Shown in pieces: positions 19,674 through 28,966 of a DNA stretch of 64,000 nucleotides. The DNA comes from an uncultured virus (IMG/VR IMGVR_UViG_3300022921_000005). Lineage: Duplodnaviria > Heunggongvirae > Uroviricota > Caudoviricetes. The DNA lies in the IMG/VR virus record IMGVR_UViG_3300022921_000005, one strand, 5' to 3'. A program made the position numbers and the translations under genes. Every line of letters starts with the position of its first letter. The stretch's first letter is position 1. The notes beneath the pieces are model-generated. The model was not told the origin of the DNA, made no database searches, and saw only the letters and a program-made list of their open reading frames with translations.

Positions 19674-19681
19674 TATTTATA
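19674..19681 (-). promoter_or_regulatory. late promoter TATAAATA
   Basis: Exact consensus heading the 19645-16197 gene block. Confidence 0.75.
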
Positions 19682-19682
19682 T

Positions 19683-20264
19683 CTATGCTACAGAGAACCA
19701 ACCAGGAACATCGCGATTTTTCCATGTCATAGAGAAACGCTCTTGCTTTGTTTGATAGTATGCGCGATAAGACTCGACAACATCATCCTGCATACACTCA
19801 GGATTAGACTTCATTGCGAGTGGCATTTTAGTCAAAGGACCGTGCGGTATATTGCGGGGTGGTGTACGCAGAGGCCAGAGAACTTTCTCAGCACCATGAA
19901 TCTTGCCATACCGATGTGTGTATTCTTGACAGAGCGCGAACATATGCTCCCAGTGCCAACGATAGTTTGACTCTGTTTCCATAGTCCACACTGTACAGGG
20001 ATGACCCATATGTACTGCTTTGTACAGTATCATTTCCATTTCGAGATCATCAATACCTTCGAACAGGTCCCAATACTTGACCATGCGCTTACCAGATTTT
20101 GATGGGCGCATCTCAAGTTTGCCGTCAAGCATACGATGCGCAGTCGATAACATCTGACCAGACTCTGTAGGCATTTTGACTACATGTTTGTCACACTGCG
20201 ATTTAGCAGAGGCGACAGGACAAGGATAGTCATTGTCGCCGTGTTCTAGTGGAAATACGTTCAT
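19683..20264 (-). CDS. pyrimidine-dimer DNA glycosylase family (DenV-related)
   Basis: MNVF...CDKHVVKM..E..QMLSTAH...HPC..W...Y..RYGK.H signature. Confidence 0.7.
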   Translation of the reverse strand: MNVFPLEHGDNDYPCPVASAKSQCDKHVVKMPTESGQMLSTAHRMLDGKLEMRPSKSGKRMVKYWDLFEGIDDLEMEMILYKAVHMGHPCTVWTMETESNYRWHWEHMFALCQEYTHRYGKIHGAEKVLWPLRTPPRNIPHGPLTKMPLAMKSNPECMQDDVVESYRAYYQTKQERFSMTWKNRDVPGWFSVA

Positions 20265-20569
20265 GCCATTTCTCTCAATATTGTAGTCGCTATCATAAAA
20301 CCTGAAACAGCATTGAGCATGATAAGCGCCCTATCTTTCCATATTATTGATACCCATGTCCATAGAATAATGCCTATGAAGCCGATTGTCAAGTCATACA
20401 TACGATATTCTGGACCTGCCGCTCTCATTGCTAATGATGTGAGAATAGTCAGAGAAGCAATCCACTTTAGATACCAGTCGAAGTCTTCTGGATACCATTT
20501 ACGATCAGGCTTAGTTCGACCGTCTGCGCGAACCATTGGATCGCCACGGCCTTCTTTAGGCGGGGTCAT
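20261..20569 (-). CDS. three-TM membrane protein
   Basis: DWYLKW...WKDRALIMLN with hydrophobic helices. Confidence 0.6.
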   Translation of the reverse strand: MTPPKEGRGDPMVRADGRTKPDRKWYPEDFDWYLKWIASLTILTSLAMRAAGPEYRMYDLTIGFIGIILWTWVSIIWKDRALIMLNAVSGFMIATTILREMA

Positions 20570-20759
20570 AACAATAAACTCACAAAAAAGAATAACAAGA
20601 TAATGAACAGCAATCCAATACCAAGTAATTTAAAGATAAAGCCAGCAAATTCCCATAAGAACCAGACGATAGCGCCTAGTATGATTATGGGAATCATTAT
20701 ATTGGCTAGGACATAGAGACCAAAGAAGAATTCAAGAATCATAATATAATTTCGCTCAA

Positions 20760-21125
20760 TTAAAAACTACAGTCAGCAATCATCCGACAAGCAACACTAT
20801 TTCCAGAACCACACTGGTAGATCAGAGAATCTTGTCGGCGTTCACACGCACGAATCTGTTCGATCTCTGCCTGAATGCGAGTGCTATATCCATCGCGAAC
20901 ACCTTCGAGATAACGAGTACCGTAACCACGAGGAATATAAACAGGAGCTGGTGACCCATAAGAGCCATGCGCGCCATGATGACGATGATTCTGAATCAAC
21001 TCTTGACCCAGAAGAGTGCCAGCAATGCCGATCAGAATGCCTTGCTCTTTATCGCCCCATGCTGAAGCATTGACAGACACACCCAGCGCCAGCGCGGCAA
21101 CAACAGCAGTTAAGTACTTTTTCAT
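20760..21125 (-). CDS. secreted protein with signal peptide and glycine-zipper-like segment
   Basis: MKKYLTAVVAALAL...ASA; GILIGIAGTLLG. Confidence 0.6.
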   Translation of the reverse strand: MKKYLTAVVAALALGVSVNASAWGDKEQGILIGIAGTLLGQELIQNHRHHGAHGSYGSPAPVYIPRGYGTRYLEGVRDGYSTRIQAEIEQIRACERRQDSLIYQCGSGNSVACRMIADCSF

Positions 21126-21195
21126 AGGAAACTCCTAAAATTCAACAGAACAATACTAATTTTACTGTATTTATGCCCCATTGTCAAGCATTTTT

Positions 21196-21888
21196 TCATG
21201 AAAAATCATCGTAATATTCACTAATTGTTGCTTCATCTGGGTATGGATCAAGCCAGTCGAGATTCACCCTACCAAGTTCGCAGAAGAAACTCTTGCCGAC
21301 TGTATCGCACCAGTCGTATTCGATGTCGAGTTGTCGGCCATCGTACAGTGCGCCTTCAACGAGTTCACACATGTCTGACTCAACTGCTAGAAATGACATC
21401 TTCTGAGGATCAAAATCATCGCCATCAGTTTCAACGAAGATATGACCAAACTGACCTTTCTCTCCAGAGTGACACATCAGAACAGGAACTGTCACATAGT
21501 CCTCAGAGAAACAAGTGTAACGTTCATAACCGATCATAGCGTTAATTTCATAGCGTTCTTCATTAGATAAAATCTTTGCATTATGTTCAGGTGCATCAAC
21601 TTCTTCGACATAGTACCACGAATCACTATAACAACCATAGTTGTGCGACAACTCATCAAACTCATGCCACGAATTGTTACCATGCTCAGTCATATCAGGA
21701 GAATTGTATTGCTCAAGTCCTTCTTCCCAATCGACATCATTGATAAAATCACCTAGTGTCTGCTCATCGTCATCAGTGTCTTTCCATCGCTCATAGAATT
21801 CTTCTGATACTTGACCCATGGTAAACTCACCGCCGTAGCCAGCAAGGGTAACTCTAAAATAACGTTTAGACATCGATGAACTCCTCAA
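21196..21888 (-). CDS. acidic hypothetical protein
   Basis: Long ORF in gene-dense strand. Confidence 0.55.
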   Translation of the reverse strand: MRSSSMSKRYFRVTLAGYGGEFTMGQVSEEFYERWKDTDDDEQTLGDFINDVDWEEGLEQYNSPDMTEHGNNSWHEFDELSHNYGCYSDSWYYVEEVDAPEHNAKILSNEERYEINAMIGYERYTCFSEDYVTVPVLMCHSGEKGQFGHIFVETDGDDFDPQKMSFLAVESDMCELVEGALYDGRQLDIEYDWCDTVGKSFFCELGRVNLDWLDPYPDEATISEYYDDFS

Positions 21889-22028
21889 TTAGTTTGCCGC
21901 CCCACTCATCAAACTTCTCCATATTCTTTTGAAGAAAAGTTACGAGCCAGAATGTTGTGTCCCAGACTAAAACGATTGGCATGATTAGTGCCATTTTACC
22001 CCAACGAATCACATTCTCTTTGGTAATC

Positions 22029-22475
22029 TTATTCATGATCGTCCTCCATGAAAACTTCTACACCGCTTTTAATTAAAAAATTTAGACCACTTCCTTTTCT
22101 TGCTTCATATCTGTTCTTCACATACAATGTTTTGATGCCGCTTTGGTATATCAATTTAGCGCAGTCAATACATGGCGTATGAGTACAGAACATTGTAGCG
22201 CCCTCACAACTCTCAGGACTTTGTGCTACTTTTGCAATTGCGTTTGTCTCAGCATGAAGTACTTCTGGCTTACTCTTAAACTCTCGACCACCATCTTCAT
22301 AGAGGTATTCTTCTTCGCATTCATTGGTCCATCCACTAGGCATTCCATTATAACCAATGCTAATAATGCGATTATTTTTCACAATAATACTGCCGACTTG
22401 TAAACGTTTTGCCGTACTCAGTTGCGCGAATCGCTCGGCAACATCCATGAACGCTTCAACAAACTTACGTTTCAT
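22029..22475 (-). CDS. cd: dCMP deaminase
   Basis: GYNG, HAETNAI, PCIDC zinc motifs. Confidence 0.93.
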   Translation of the reverse strand: MKRKFVEAFMDVAERFAQLSTAKRLQVGSIIVKNNRIISIGYNGMPSGWTNECEEEYLYEDGGREFKSKPEVLHAETNAIAKVAQSPESCEGATMFCTHTPCIDCAKLIYQSGIKTLYVKNRYEARKGSGLNFLIKSGVEVFMEDDHE

Positions 22476-22735
22476 TCTTTCATTGCCTCGTATCTTTGTC
22501 TTGCGTACTCTGCCGCTTCAGCCATCGCATTCACAAATTCTTCCGCGTCTGGTTGATTTCTTTTGAGGATCAAATCGCCGACACAATGTGCTTGAAGTTC
22601 TTTATCGATCAACTCTTCATATGTCTCTACAATCTCTACACATGGTTCACATGCATCACCAATGAATACTGTAGTCGTTGCGCCTTTAGCATCTAACCAA
22701 GTACCAGCATCGACATCTAATTTGAACTCACTCAT
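22472..22735 (-). CDS. hypothetical protein
   Basis: ATGA-coupled ORF. Confidence 0.55.
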   Translation of the reverse strand: MSEFKLDVDAGTWLDAKGATTTVFIGDACEPCVEIVETYEELIDKELQAHCVGDLILKRNQPDAEEFVNAMAEAAEYARQRYEAMKE

Positions 22736-22941
22736 TGCGCATATCTCCTAAAATCAAATTTACGAATTGTAATTGTACCGTCTTCATTATCTATCCATTC
22801 TAACTCATCACCGATGTCGATGTCAAGTTCTTCCATAATCTCATCAGGCAAAGGCAAGATCAGTTCGCCTGTCAACGGGTCTTCTTCAAGTTTCACTATC
22901 ATAATTCCACCTGTGACCGTTGTCGGAACATTCTTTAACAA
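22732..22941 (-). CDS. AbrB/MazE-like DNA-binding protein (true start probably near 22902)
   Basis: GELILPLP..I...L....GD.LEW...DGTITIRK swapped-hairpin pattern. Confidence 0.65.
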   Translation of the reverse strand: MLKNVPTTVTGGIMIVKLEEDPLTGELILPLPDEIMEELDIDIGDELEWIDNEDGTITIRKFDFRRYAQ

Positions 22942-23049
22942 TCAACTTTGCGAATCTTTCAATCGCCTCTTTAGCATAATCGTCAAGTTCGTCCCAGCAT
23001 CCCTGTGCGGTCAAACCTGATTCATACAGGCAGTGTTCAATAAGTTCAT

Positions 23050-23385
23050 TCACCACTTAATCTCCATCCAATTCGTGTCTTCAGGCATCAGTGTAATCTG
23101 CCCTTCGAATGCTTCATTCTCTTTGAGTTGATTATACACTCCACTGTTTGCCATAGTCAAGCGGTAAGCACCTTTGCGACAAACATAGCAACTACCGCTT
23201 GAACCATAAAACTCCCAAGACTTATTTTCTTCAACAACACGAGTAATACCACTGTTCATTCGCCAGCGGTCACCCTCAAGATAACCGCCTGACCAACCAG
23301 CAAGCACTTTGTAGAATCCACGATCATACTTGCCTTCTTTGATTTTCAGTACAACCCAACTGTCGGGATAATAGTCACTCATCAC
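23050..23385 (-). CDS. conserved phage hypothetical protein
   Basis: YKVLAGWSGGYL.GD.WRMNSGI motif. Confidence 0.6.
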   Translation of the reverse strand: MMSDYYPDSWVVLKIKEGKYDRGFYKVLAGWSGGYLEGDRWRMNSGITRVVEENKSWEFYGSSGSCYVCRKGAYRLTMANSGVYNQLKENEAFEGQITLMPEDTNWMEIKW

Positions 23386-23669
23386 TCAACCTCAACAATA
23401 AAGCCTTCATCAGTCGAGCGAATTCGTGTCACAGTCAAAGGTTCTTGTTTTTCAGCACCTTTGATTTCATCCCAGTAGATTCCACTACCAACTCCAACAT
23501 AAGGACCACCACTCGGATCAAACATGCCAAGGTCATTCGGATCAAGTCCTTCTTGAAATGGTTTACCGCCGATACGACAGTGGTCCATCGACTTGCCTTC
23601 CATTACAAACCGATATTCTTTCTCACCGATCTGTTGCCAATAATATTCATCACCGTATCTATTTCTCAT
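23382..23669 (-). CDS. hypothetical protein
   Basis: Start reassigned to MRNRYGD; DPSGGPY motif. Confidence 0.55.
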   Translation of the reverse strand: MRNRYGDEYYWQQIGEKEYRFVMEGKSMDHCRIGGKPFQEGLDPNDLGMFDPSGGPYVGVGSGIYWDEIKGAEKQEPLTVTRIRSTDEGFIVEVE

Positions 23670-23862
23670 TTTTCCAGTTTCCAAAAATATCAGGACATTG
23701 TTCAGCGGCTTCATCCATATAGTACGCAGACGGATAATGTTTAAGCAATCGCCGCGCTTCTTCACGAACAGCCTTAGGCACTCGTGGTATATCTCTGCAC
23801 AAACCGCGTAGAAATTCTTCAGTCTGAATCACTGCGCGTCTGCGTTCGTACGGCATCGTCAT
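23659..23862 (-). CDS. BPSL0761-like small protein
   Basis: MTMPYER.RAV.QTEEFL...PRVPKAVR.EARRLLKHYP; GGAG RBS and sigma70 promoter upstream. Confidence 0.6.
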   Translation of the reverse strand: MTMPYERRRAVIQTEEFLRGLCRDIPRVPKAVREEARRLLKHYPSAYYMDEAAEQCPDIFGNWKNEK

Positions 23863-23994
23863 GCTTCGTTCTCCTATATTCATCTCTGTCGATTTGCAAC
23901 AGTATAATACCAATTGTAATGAATAACCAAAAGATTGTCAATAAAAAGATGAAAATATTATTCAGCATATCTTTTTTCCTTATAAATAAAATGT

Positions 23995-24177
23995 ATGAAA
24001 ATACTGTTAATAGTTTTCATTATTTTCTTGGTCGGTTGTTCAAGTATCGACATTGAACACGAGAAAGGCGAATTGCCTAAAGTGAAGATAGTAGGTGCAG
24101 AAGAATACTGCACCGAGAAGTTAAAGGCTCGCGTGAGAGCGGACGAGTTCATCATCACTTGCACCATAAGACTCTAA
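23995..24177 (+). CDS. small late lipoprotein
   Basis: Lipobox LVGC; TATAAATA at 23981-23988 on plus strand. Confidence 0.65.
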   Translation: MKILLIVFIIFLVGCSSIDIEHEKGELPKVKIVGAEEYCTEKLKARVRADEFIITCTIRL

Positions 24178-24331
24178 GAGACATCTTTCTCTTCGATGTC
24201 CCACTCGCGATCTGGAAACTCATTCTCAAGTTCTTTCATCAGATTACGAGCCTGTTCGAAGTAATTTGCGGACCAAGTATAAGGCGATTCAGTCTGACCC
24301 TTATAAGTTACCAACCAAATAGTTGCGTCTC

Positions 24332-24841
24332 TCATGCGTAGTCCTCTTCCTCATCGTAACAATTTTCCTCATCATATCGCTCACAGTCATAACACTGCCA
24401 GCCGCGGTCGGTTTCATCGCCACAAGTCTCGCAGAAGTTCTGGAACTCTTCTTCGTAATCGAACATATCTTCCTTGTTCTCAATCGTGAGCAACACAGGA
24501 TTGTTGACAATCATCGCCATTGTCTGGTCGATCATTCGCTCGATAGCGTAGTGAAAAACATCACCGTTATAGTTGCCATTGTAAATACGACCGCGAGTGT
24601 ACTCATAGATCGTGTCATAGACATCATCATCAATGGCAGAATGATGCTTTAGGAAGTTCAGCGCACCAGACGTATTGTTGCCCATGCCATTGTTGTAGAA
24701 GTCATAACCGAGACGACTCGCGGAACGCACCAACTCACCAGCAAGTGTGTCACAGTTGCCGCTTACAGGCACCAGATCGTCCATCATCTGATTGTACTGC
24801 TCTTGATACTTGCCAGTCTGATTCCAATAAGTATTTTCCAT
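24332..24841 (-). CDS. early hypothetical protein with C-terminal zinc ribbon
   Basis: YDFYNNGMGN motif; CETC...CYDC. Confidence 0.6.
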   Translation of the reverse strand: MENTYWNQTGKYQEQYNQMMDDLVPVSGNCDTLAGELVRSASRLGYDFYNNGMGNNTSGALNFLKHHSAIDDDVYDTIYEYTRGRIYNGNYNGDVFHYAIERMIDQTMAMIVNNPVLLTIENKEDMFDYEEEFQNFCETCGDETDRGWQCYDCERYDEENCYDEEEDYA

Positions 24842-25020
24842 TATGCAATTTCTCCAAACATCAATTCATCTTTCGCGTCAAGCAGGTCCATCTTCAACTC
24901 TGCCAGCAGACCAAAAACACTCTGATCTACAGCAGACGGATTTACCGACAACACGCTGTTAATACAAGATTCTGCAATCTGAATTGCCTTCATCTTTTCT
25001 TCAATTTTTTCGATAGTCAT
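24841..25020 (-). CDS. early hypothetical protein
   Basis: Start reassigned to MTIEKIEEK after GGAGG RBS. Confidence 0.55.
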   Translation of the reverse strand: MTIEKIEEKMKAIQIAESCINSVLSVNPSAVDQSVFGLLAELKMDLLDAKDELMFGEIA

Positions 25021-25559
25021 TACGCCACCTCCATTTGATGAAGCTGCCTCATTAAATGAAACTCCGCAGGTGCATACTTTTCTAACCACGCGCTGAGGTC
25101 TTTGAAGAGGACCACATCGCCATTCACCATCTCATAAGAAACACCGTGGTGTACGTTCTCGCCGTTGTTCAATACGTCATACGCATCGAACTGCTTCACA
25201 ATTTCCTTGCGCATATAACCGAACTCGGTGTTGAGAGTGGTGCGAGTGAAAGACACACGGTCGTCCTTGACCGTGCCATAGTACGGTGCATCCCACTCAG
25301 CACAGTGGTCAGCGACATTGAAGTCGATATCATCGACCACGGTCTCACCAACGGAGTACTCTTGGAAGTACTCGCTCTTGCTGGTGCAAGCAGACTCAAC
25401 ACGCGCCCACCACTCGCGTGACATGTTCTCCTCGATAGTGATATCGAAGATGTAGGTGTTGCCACCCTTGGGTTTCCAGTACTGCGGGCACTCGCCCTTA
25501 CCGTCCCAGTCGTGGGCACCGTAGTTTTCGAGGTGTTGGGTTTGGATGATTGCTTTCAT
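25020..25559 (-). CDS. early hypothetical protein
   Basis: TQ.LENYGAHDWDG.GECPQYWKPKGG motif; GAGG RBS; after early promoter. Confidence 0.65.
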   Translation of the reverse strand: MKAIIQTQHLENYGAHDWDGKGECPQYWKPKGGNTYIFDITIEENMSREWWARVESACTSKSEYFQEYSVGETVVDDIDFNVADHCAEWDAPYYGTVKDDRVSFTRTTLNTEFGYMRKEIVKQFDAYDVLNNGENVHHGVSYEMVNGDVVLFKDLSAWLEKYAPAEFHLMRQLHQMEVA

Positions 25560-25653
25560 AATATATTCCTCAAAAGAAAAAGGGGAAGAGAGGAGCAGTG
25601 GACTCGGAGTCCCTAGCGAAGAATCGCGCCAGACCTCTCAACTCAACAAACAA

Positions 25654-25682
25654 ATTATCTCACAGGTAGCCAAGGAAGTCAA
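25654..25682 (-). promoter_or_regulatory. early promoter (conserved family)
   Basis: TTGACT-17-GATAAT with conserved spacer GGCTACCTGTGA. Confidence 0.75.
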
Positions 25683-25902
25683 ACTTTTTTTCAACAAAAT
25701 TTAGAATATTTTGTTATAAGATTTGTGTTTGTTATAACCACGCTTTGCCGCCTTTTTACGGTCGACCATGACCACTGCCTTGTTAAAGCGGCGAGCATTC
25801 TTAGCAACTGGATTTTTCATAACAAACTCCGAATAAAAAACAGTGAGTGGTGCAACATAGCAATCGGTAGCAATTTTCGAACGCACACACTCACCAAAGA
25901 AC

Positions 25903-26334
25903 TCAGGCCTCCAAGACGTAGGGCTTGTTCCACTTACCAGCATCAATGTCAAGGTAGTGCGAACAGTGGAAGTAGTCAGTCATGGCATCAGACTCATCGA
26001 AGAACTGGTCGCCTTTCATGGCCGCTACCAACTCTTTGTAGAAGTTACCGATCTCGATATCACCAGTCTCTTCAGCCCACTTGTCAGCCCAGAAGTGGTT
26101 TACTTGAAGATAGTCACCGACTGGGTAAGACTCTTCACCACGGCGAGCCGCCAACTGGTCATTGTGTCGCTGGGCAGACCCGATCAGGTCGAGCTTGCCG
26201 CTCTTCAGAGTCACGACCAGTGACATGTGATGACGAACAGCGATAGTGCCTTTCACGCCGTACTTTTTCAGTACCGCTTTGATACCAGGAGCAAGTCGCT
26301 TTTTGTCTTCTTGTGATACGTAAGCCATAATCAA
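25903..26334 (-). CDS. early protein, LPD29-like
   Basis: D.SDAMTDYF motif; first gene after early promoter. Confidence 0.5.
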   Translation of the reverse strand: MIMAYVSQEDKKRLAPGIKAVLKKYGVKGTIAVRHHMSLVVTLKSGKLDLIGSAQRHNDQLAARRGEESYPVGDYLQVNHFWADKWAEETGDIEIGNFYKELVAAMKGDQFFDESDAMTDYFHCSHYLDIDAGKWNKPYVLEA

Positions 26335-26363
26335 ATCTCTCTCTCAATCAACGTTACAGGAGT

Positions 26364-26411
26364 ATTATCTCACAGGTAGCCATAGAAAACAATGCAATAT
26401 TCACACTTTCT
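26364..26411 (-). promoter_or_regulatory. early promoter (conserved family)
   Basis: 19-bp identity with 25654-25672; 16-bp upstream box identical to 48888-48903. Confidence 0.7.
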
Positions 26412-26716
26412 GAGAACAGTTTTTCATAAGAAATCACGGGCAAATAACAAAAAGAAATAAGTAATGAAATCAATGACTTACATGTCTCGCAGAATCGCGG
26501 CGAATTCGTCGGCCTGAGCTTCTATAGGATCACAGTGGGCAACTACTTCACGCAACACTGCCTGCGCTCCAATGACTTCCTGGTAGCTCACATCATGCTT
26601 TGCCTCTGCCCAGTCAACATAGCTCATCGCCAAGTCATAAACTTCTAACGCTTCGGCGGCTTCTTTATAACCAATTTTCATAACAGAACACCTCAATCTC
26701 ACCAACAACATAGAGA

Positions 26717-26745
26717 ATTATCGCTGGTTTTGAGGTGCCTGTCAA
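26717..26745 (-). promoter_or_regulatory. early promoter
   Basis: TTGACA-17-GATAAT. Confidence 0.7.
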
Positions 26746-26767
26746 GCGTTTTTTGATTTATTTTTTA

Positions 26768-27088
26768 TTAAAAATTAACGTTTTTGAGTTCTGCGAACCA
26801 CACCTGTTCGTTCGGATTTAGAGGCAATCTAGCGTACTCTCGTGCCTCTTTTTCATAGGGATGATTGTTGTAGCCGTGACGAATGTACAGCAGGACGTAT
26901 GTAAAATAAAACTTGAGTATGCCCATCCTTCTAATCTGATAGCAATGCATTAACTCGTGTTTGAATAGTTGATCAGTCGGATATCTCATTCTAAAAAATA
27001 TGAAAGGGTAGACGACCATGCCGCCCGCCCAAAACATCCACCAACAATGTCTAAGTATCCGAAACTTCATTTGAATGCTCCTTGTCAT
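26768..27088 (-). CDS. HExxH metallopeptidase-like protein
   Basis: HELMHCYQ...Y..HPYEKEA. Confidence 0.6.
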   Translation of the reverse strand: MTRSIQMKFRILRHCWWMFWAGGMVVYPFIFFRMRYPTDQLFKHELMHCYQIRRMGILKFYFTYVLLYIRHGYNNHPYEKEAREYARLPLNPNEQVWFAELKNVNF

Positions 27089-27347
27089 GAATGAACAATT
27101 GAAACAGCGTGTAGTGCATAACCTTGATCAGGTCTTTTCTCCACTCTTCTGGTGTCTCGCCCTTCTTGCCATATCGATCATGATACTTCTCAATATTGCC
27201 GAGACAGAAGCCAGTACCATGTCCTTTTGCGATGATTGAATCCATCGTTTGTTTGCCAGCATTGACATAGTGTTGTTTATATGTCGAATCGATATATTGC
27301 TTGAACTCTTCAATCAGCTTGTCTTCATTAAATCTATATTCAATCAT
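27051..27347 (-). CDS. DUF3310-like (nucleotide kinase-related) protein
   Basis: TY.QHY...GFCLGNI.KY..RYGKK...DL.K..HY motif. Confidence 0.6.
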   Translation of the reverse strand: MIEYRFNEDKLIEEFKQYIDSTYKQHYVNAGKQTMDSIIAKGHGTGFCLGNIEKYHDRYGKKGETPEEWRKDLIKVMHYTLFQLFIHDKEHSNEVSDT

Positions 27348-27549
27348 TCACAATTTCCTCAATCTCAATAATCGTTGTCTTAATGATGTCTTCGTAATGT
27401 TCGTTTTCAAGTTTTACGACAATTCTTTCAGACTCAGGATTATCATGTAATATTGTACCTTGAACTTCATATATTACATCATCTCTTTTCCAATGTTTGT
27501 ATCTTATTCTATGCATGTTACTTCCATGTGTCAAACAATGACTTGTCAA
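27340..27549 (-). CDS. hypothetical protein
   Basis: Fills gap downstream of helicase. Confidence 0.5.
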   Translation of the reverse strand: MTSHCLTHGSNMHRIRYKHWKRDDVIYEVQGTILHDNPESERIVVKLENEHYEDIIKTTIIEIEEIVND

Positions 27550-28909
27550 ACTTCTCGCGGTTCACACCACGACCAAACGATGTATTGTCCATAACAGGCG
27601 TGTCATCAATACTGGGACCAATATTGTCTTGCGCGTCCTGTTCAACATCATACAGTTTCATGCGTGATCGATCAACACCAACAACGAATCGGCGATGCAG
27701 TGCAGGATCACCATATCGATTCTTCAACTGCTTAATCATCAGTTGTCCGAGAGATTCGAGTTCCTCATTTGAGATTGCCGCGAACATAAAGTCAGCAGTA
27801 GCAGGCAGACCAAACGACTCAGACGTATCTTCGAGACCGACATCAGAGTTCGTGAAACCGCTTCGGTTTGTCTGTGTCGCTGTGAAGAGAGGCACATTGA
27901 ATTCAACAGCAAGACCGCGCAGTTCTTCAGCAATCGACTTGATATAAGTGTAACTGTTAACACTGCCGCCCATCTTCATTCTAGAAGAGATAGCCAAGTT
28001 TAAGTAATCGATATAGATCACATCTGGTACAAAGTTCTTTTTCTGTTTCATCTCATTCAGGAGATGTCGAAAGTGACCAGCACCTACAGATGCAGGTGGA
28101 TATTCTTTAATGATCAATTTACCTTGTGTCTTTTTCTGTAATCGCTCTACCTTAGTCTGATAAGTTTCTTTTGGATACGTTTCAAGTTCATTCAGAGGCA
28201 CGTTCATTAGATTCGCATCAATACGCTCGGCAATACGCTCTTCTGCCATTTCGAGTGTAATATACAATACATTCTTACCGTTCATCATATTCGTAGCGGC
28301 AAAGTCACACATGATCAAAGTCTTACCGACACCAGTGCCAGCTAGAATTACATTCAGTGTTTTACGTGGAATGCCACCGCGAGTGATTGTATTGAAGAAT
28401 TTTAGATCGAACGGTAGACGCTCAACTACCTTGTGATAGAAGTCGTATCGTGTTTCGAAGTCTTCGAGAAAGTCATGACCGATATTAGAGTCAAACGATA
28501 CGCCAAGAGCATCTTGAAGAATCTGAGGCAGACTACCTTTATCTCTATCACTTTTGCCATCAATAATCTGAATCGATTCCATGATTGCATTATACACTGC
28601 TTTGTCTTGACAGAACTTTTCAGTCTGCTTCATCAACCAGTCGTAGTCATCGGCTATAAAATTGAGGTCATCAAGTGTCTGTAAAATTTCTTTAAAGTCA
28701 CCCTCAGACATTGTTTTATTCTCGGCTTCAATACGAAGAGCTTCCACTTGCGGCGGCGAATTATATTTCTCAAAATATTCTTTTATCAATTGAAACAGTG
28801 TGCGCTCGGCATGATTTGAAAAATATTCACTATTCAAATAAGGCAAAACATTACGGAGGTATGCTTCGTTGCCAATCAGATTACTAAAAATCATTTGCTC
28901 AATTGTCAT
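27518..28909 (-). CDS. 41: replicative DNA helicase (T4 gp41-like)
   Basis: AGTGVGKT, ITLEMAE, IDYLN, ATQTNR, SESFGLPATAD, KQLKNRY. Confidence 0.97.
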   Translation of the reverse strand: MTIEQMIFSNLIGNEAYLRNVLPYLNSEYFSNHAERTLFQLIKEYFEKYNSPPQVEALRIEAENKTMSEGDFKEILQTLDDLNFIADDYDWLMKQTEKFCQDKAVYNAIMESIQIIDGKSDRDKGSLPQILQDALGVSFDSNIGHDFLEDFETRYDFYHKVVERLPFDLKFFNTITRGGIPRKTLNVILAGTGVGKTLIMCDFAATNMMNGKNVLYITLEMAEERIAERIDANLMNVPLNELETYPKETYQTKVERLQKKTQGKLIIKEYPPASVGAGHFRHLLNEMKQKKNFVPDVIYIDYLNLAISSRMKMGGSVNSYTYIKSIAEELRGLAVEFNVPLFTATQTNRSGFTNSDVGLEDTSESFGLPATADFMFAAISNEELESLGQLMIKQLKNRYGDPALHRRFVVGVDRSRMKLYDVEQDAQDNIGPSIDDTPVMDNTSFGRGVNREKFDKSLFDTWK

Positions 28910-28966
28910 TCTATCTCCAACGCTAATTACTTAAAGTATTCATTCTACTATCCGAATGATAGATTG

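Noticed and set aside
25585..25640. Hammerhead ribozyme
   Set aside because: The three-way junction lacks the CUGANGA and GAAA core
26396..26411. Full CRP binding site
   Set aside because: Only one TGTGA half-site; the second half does not match at the canonical spacing
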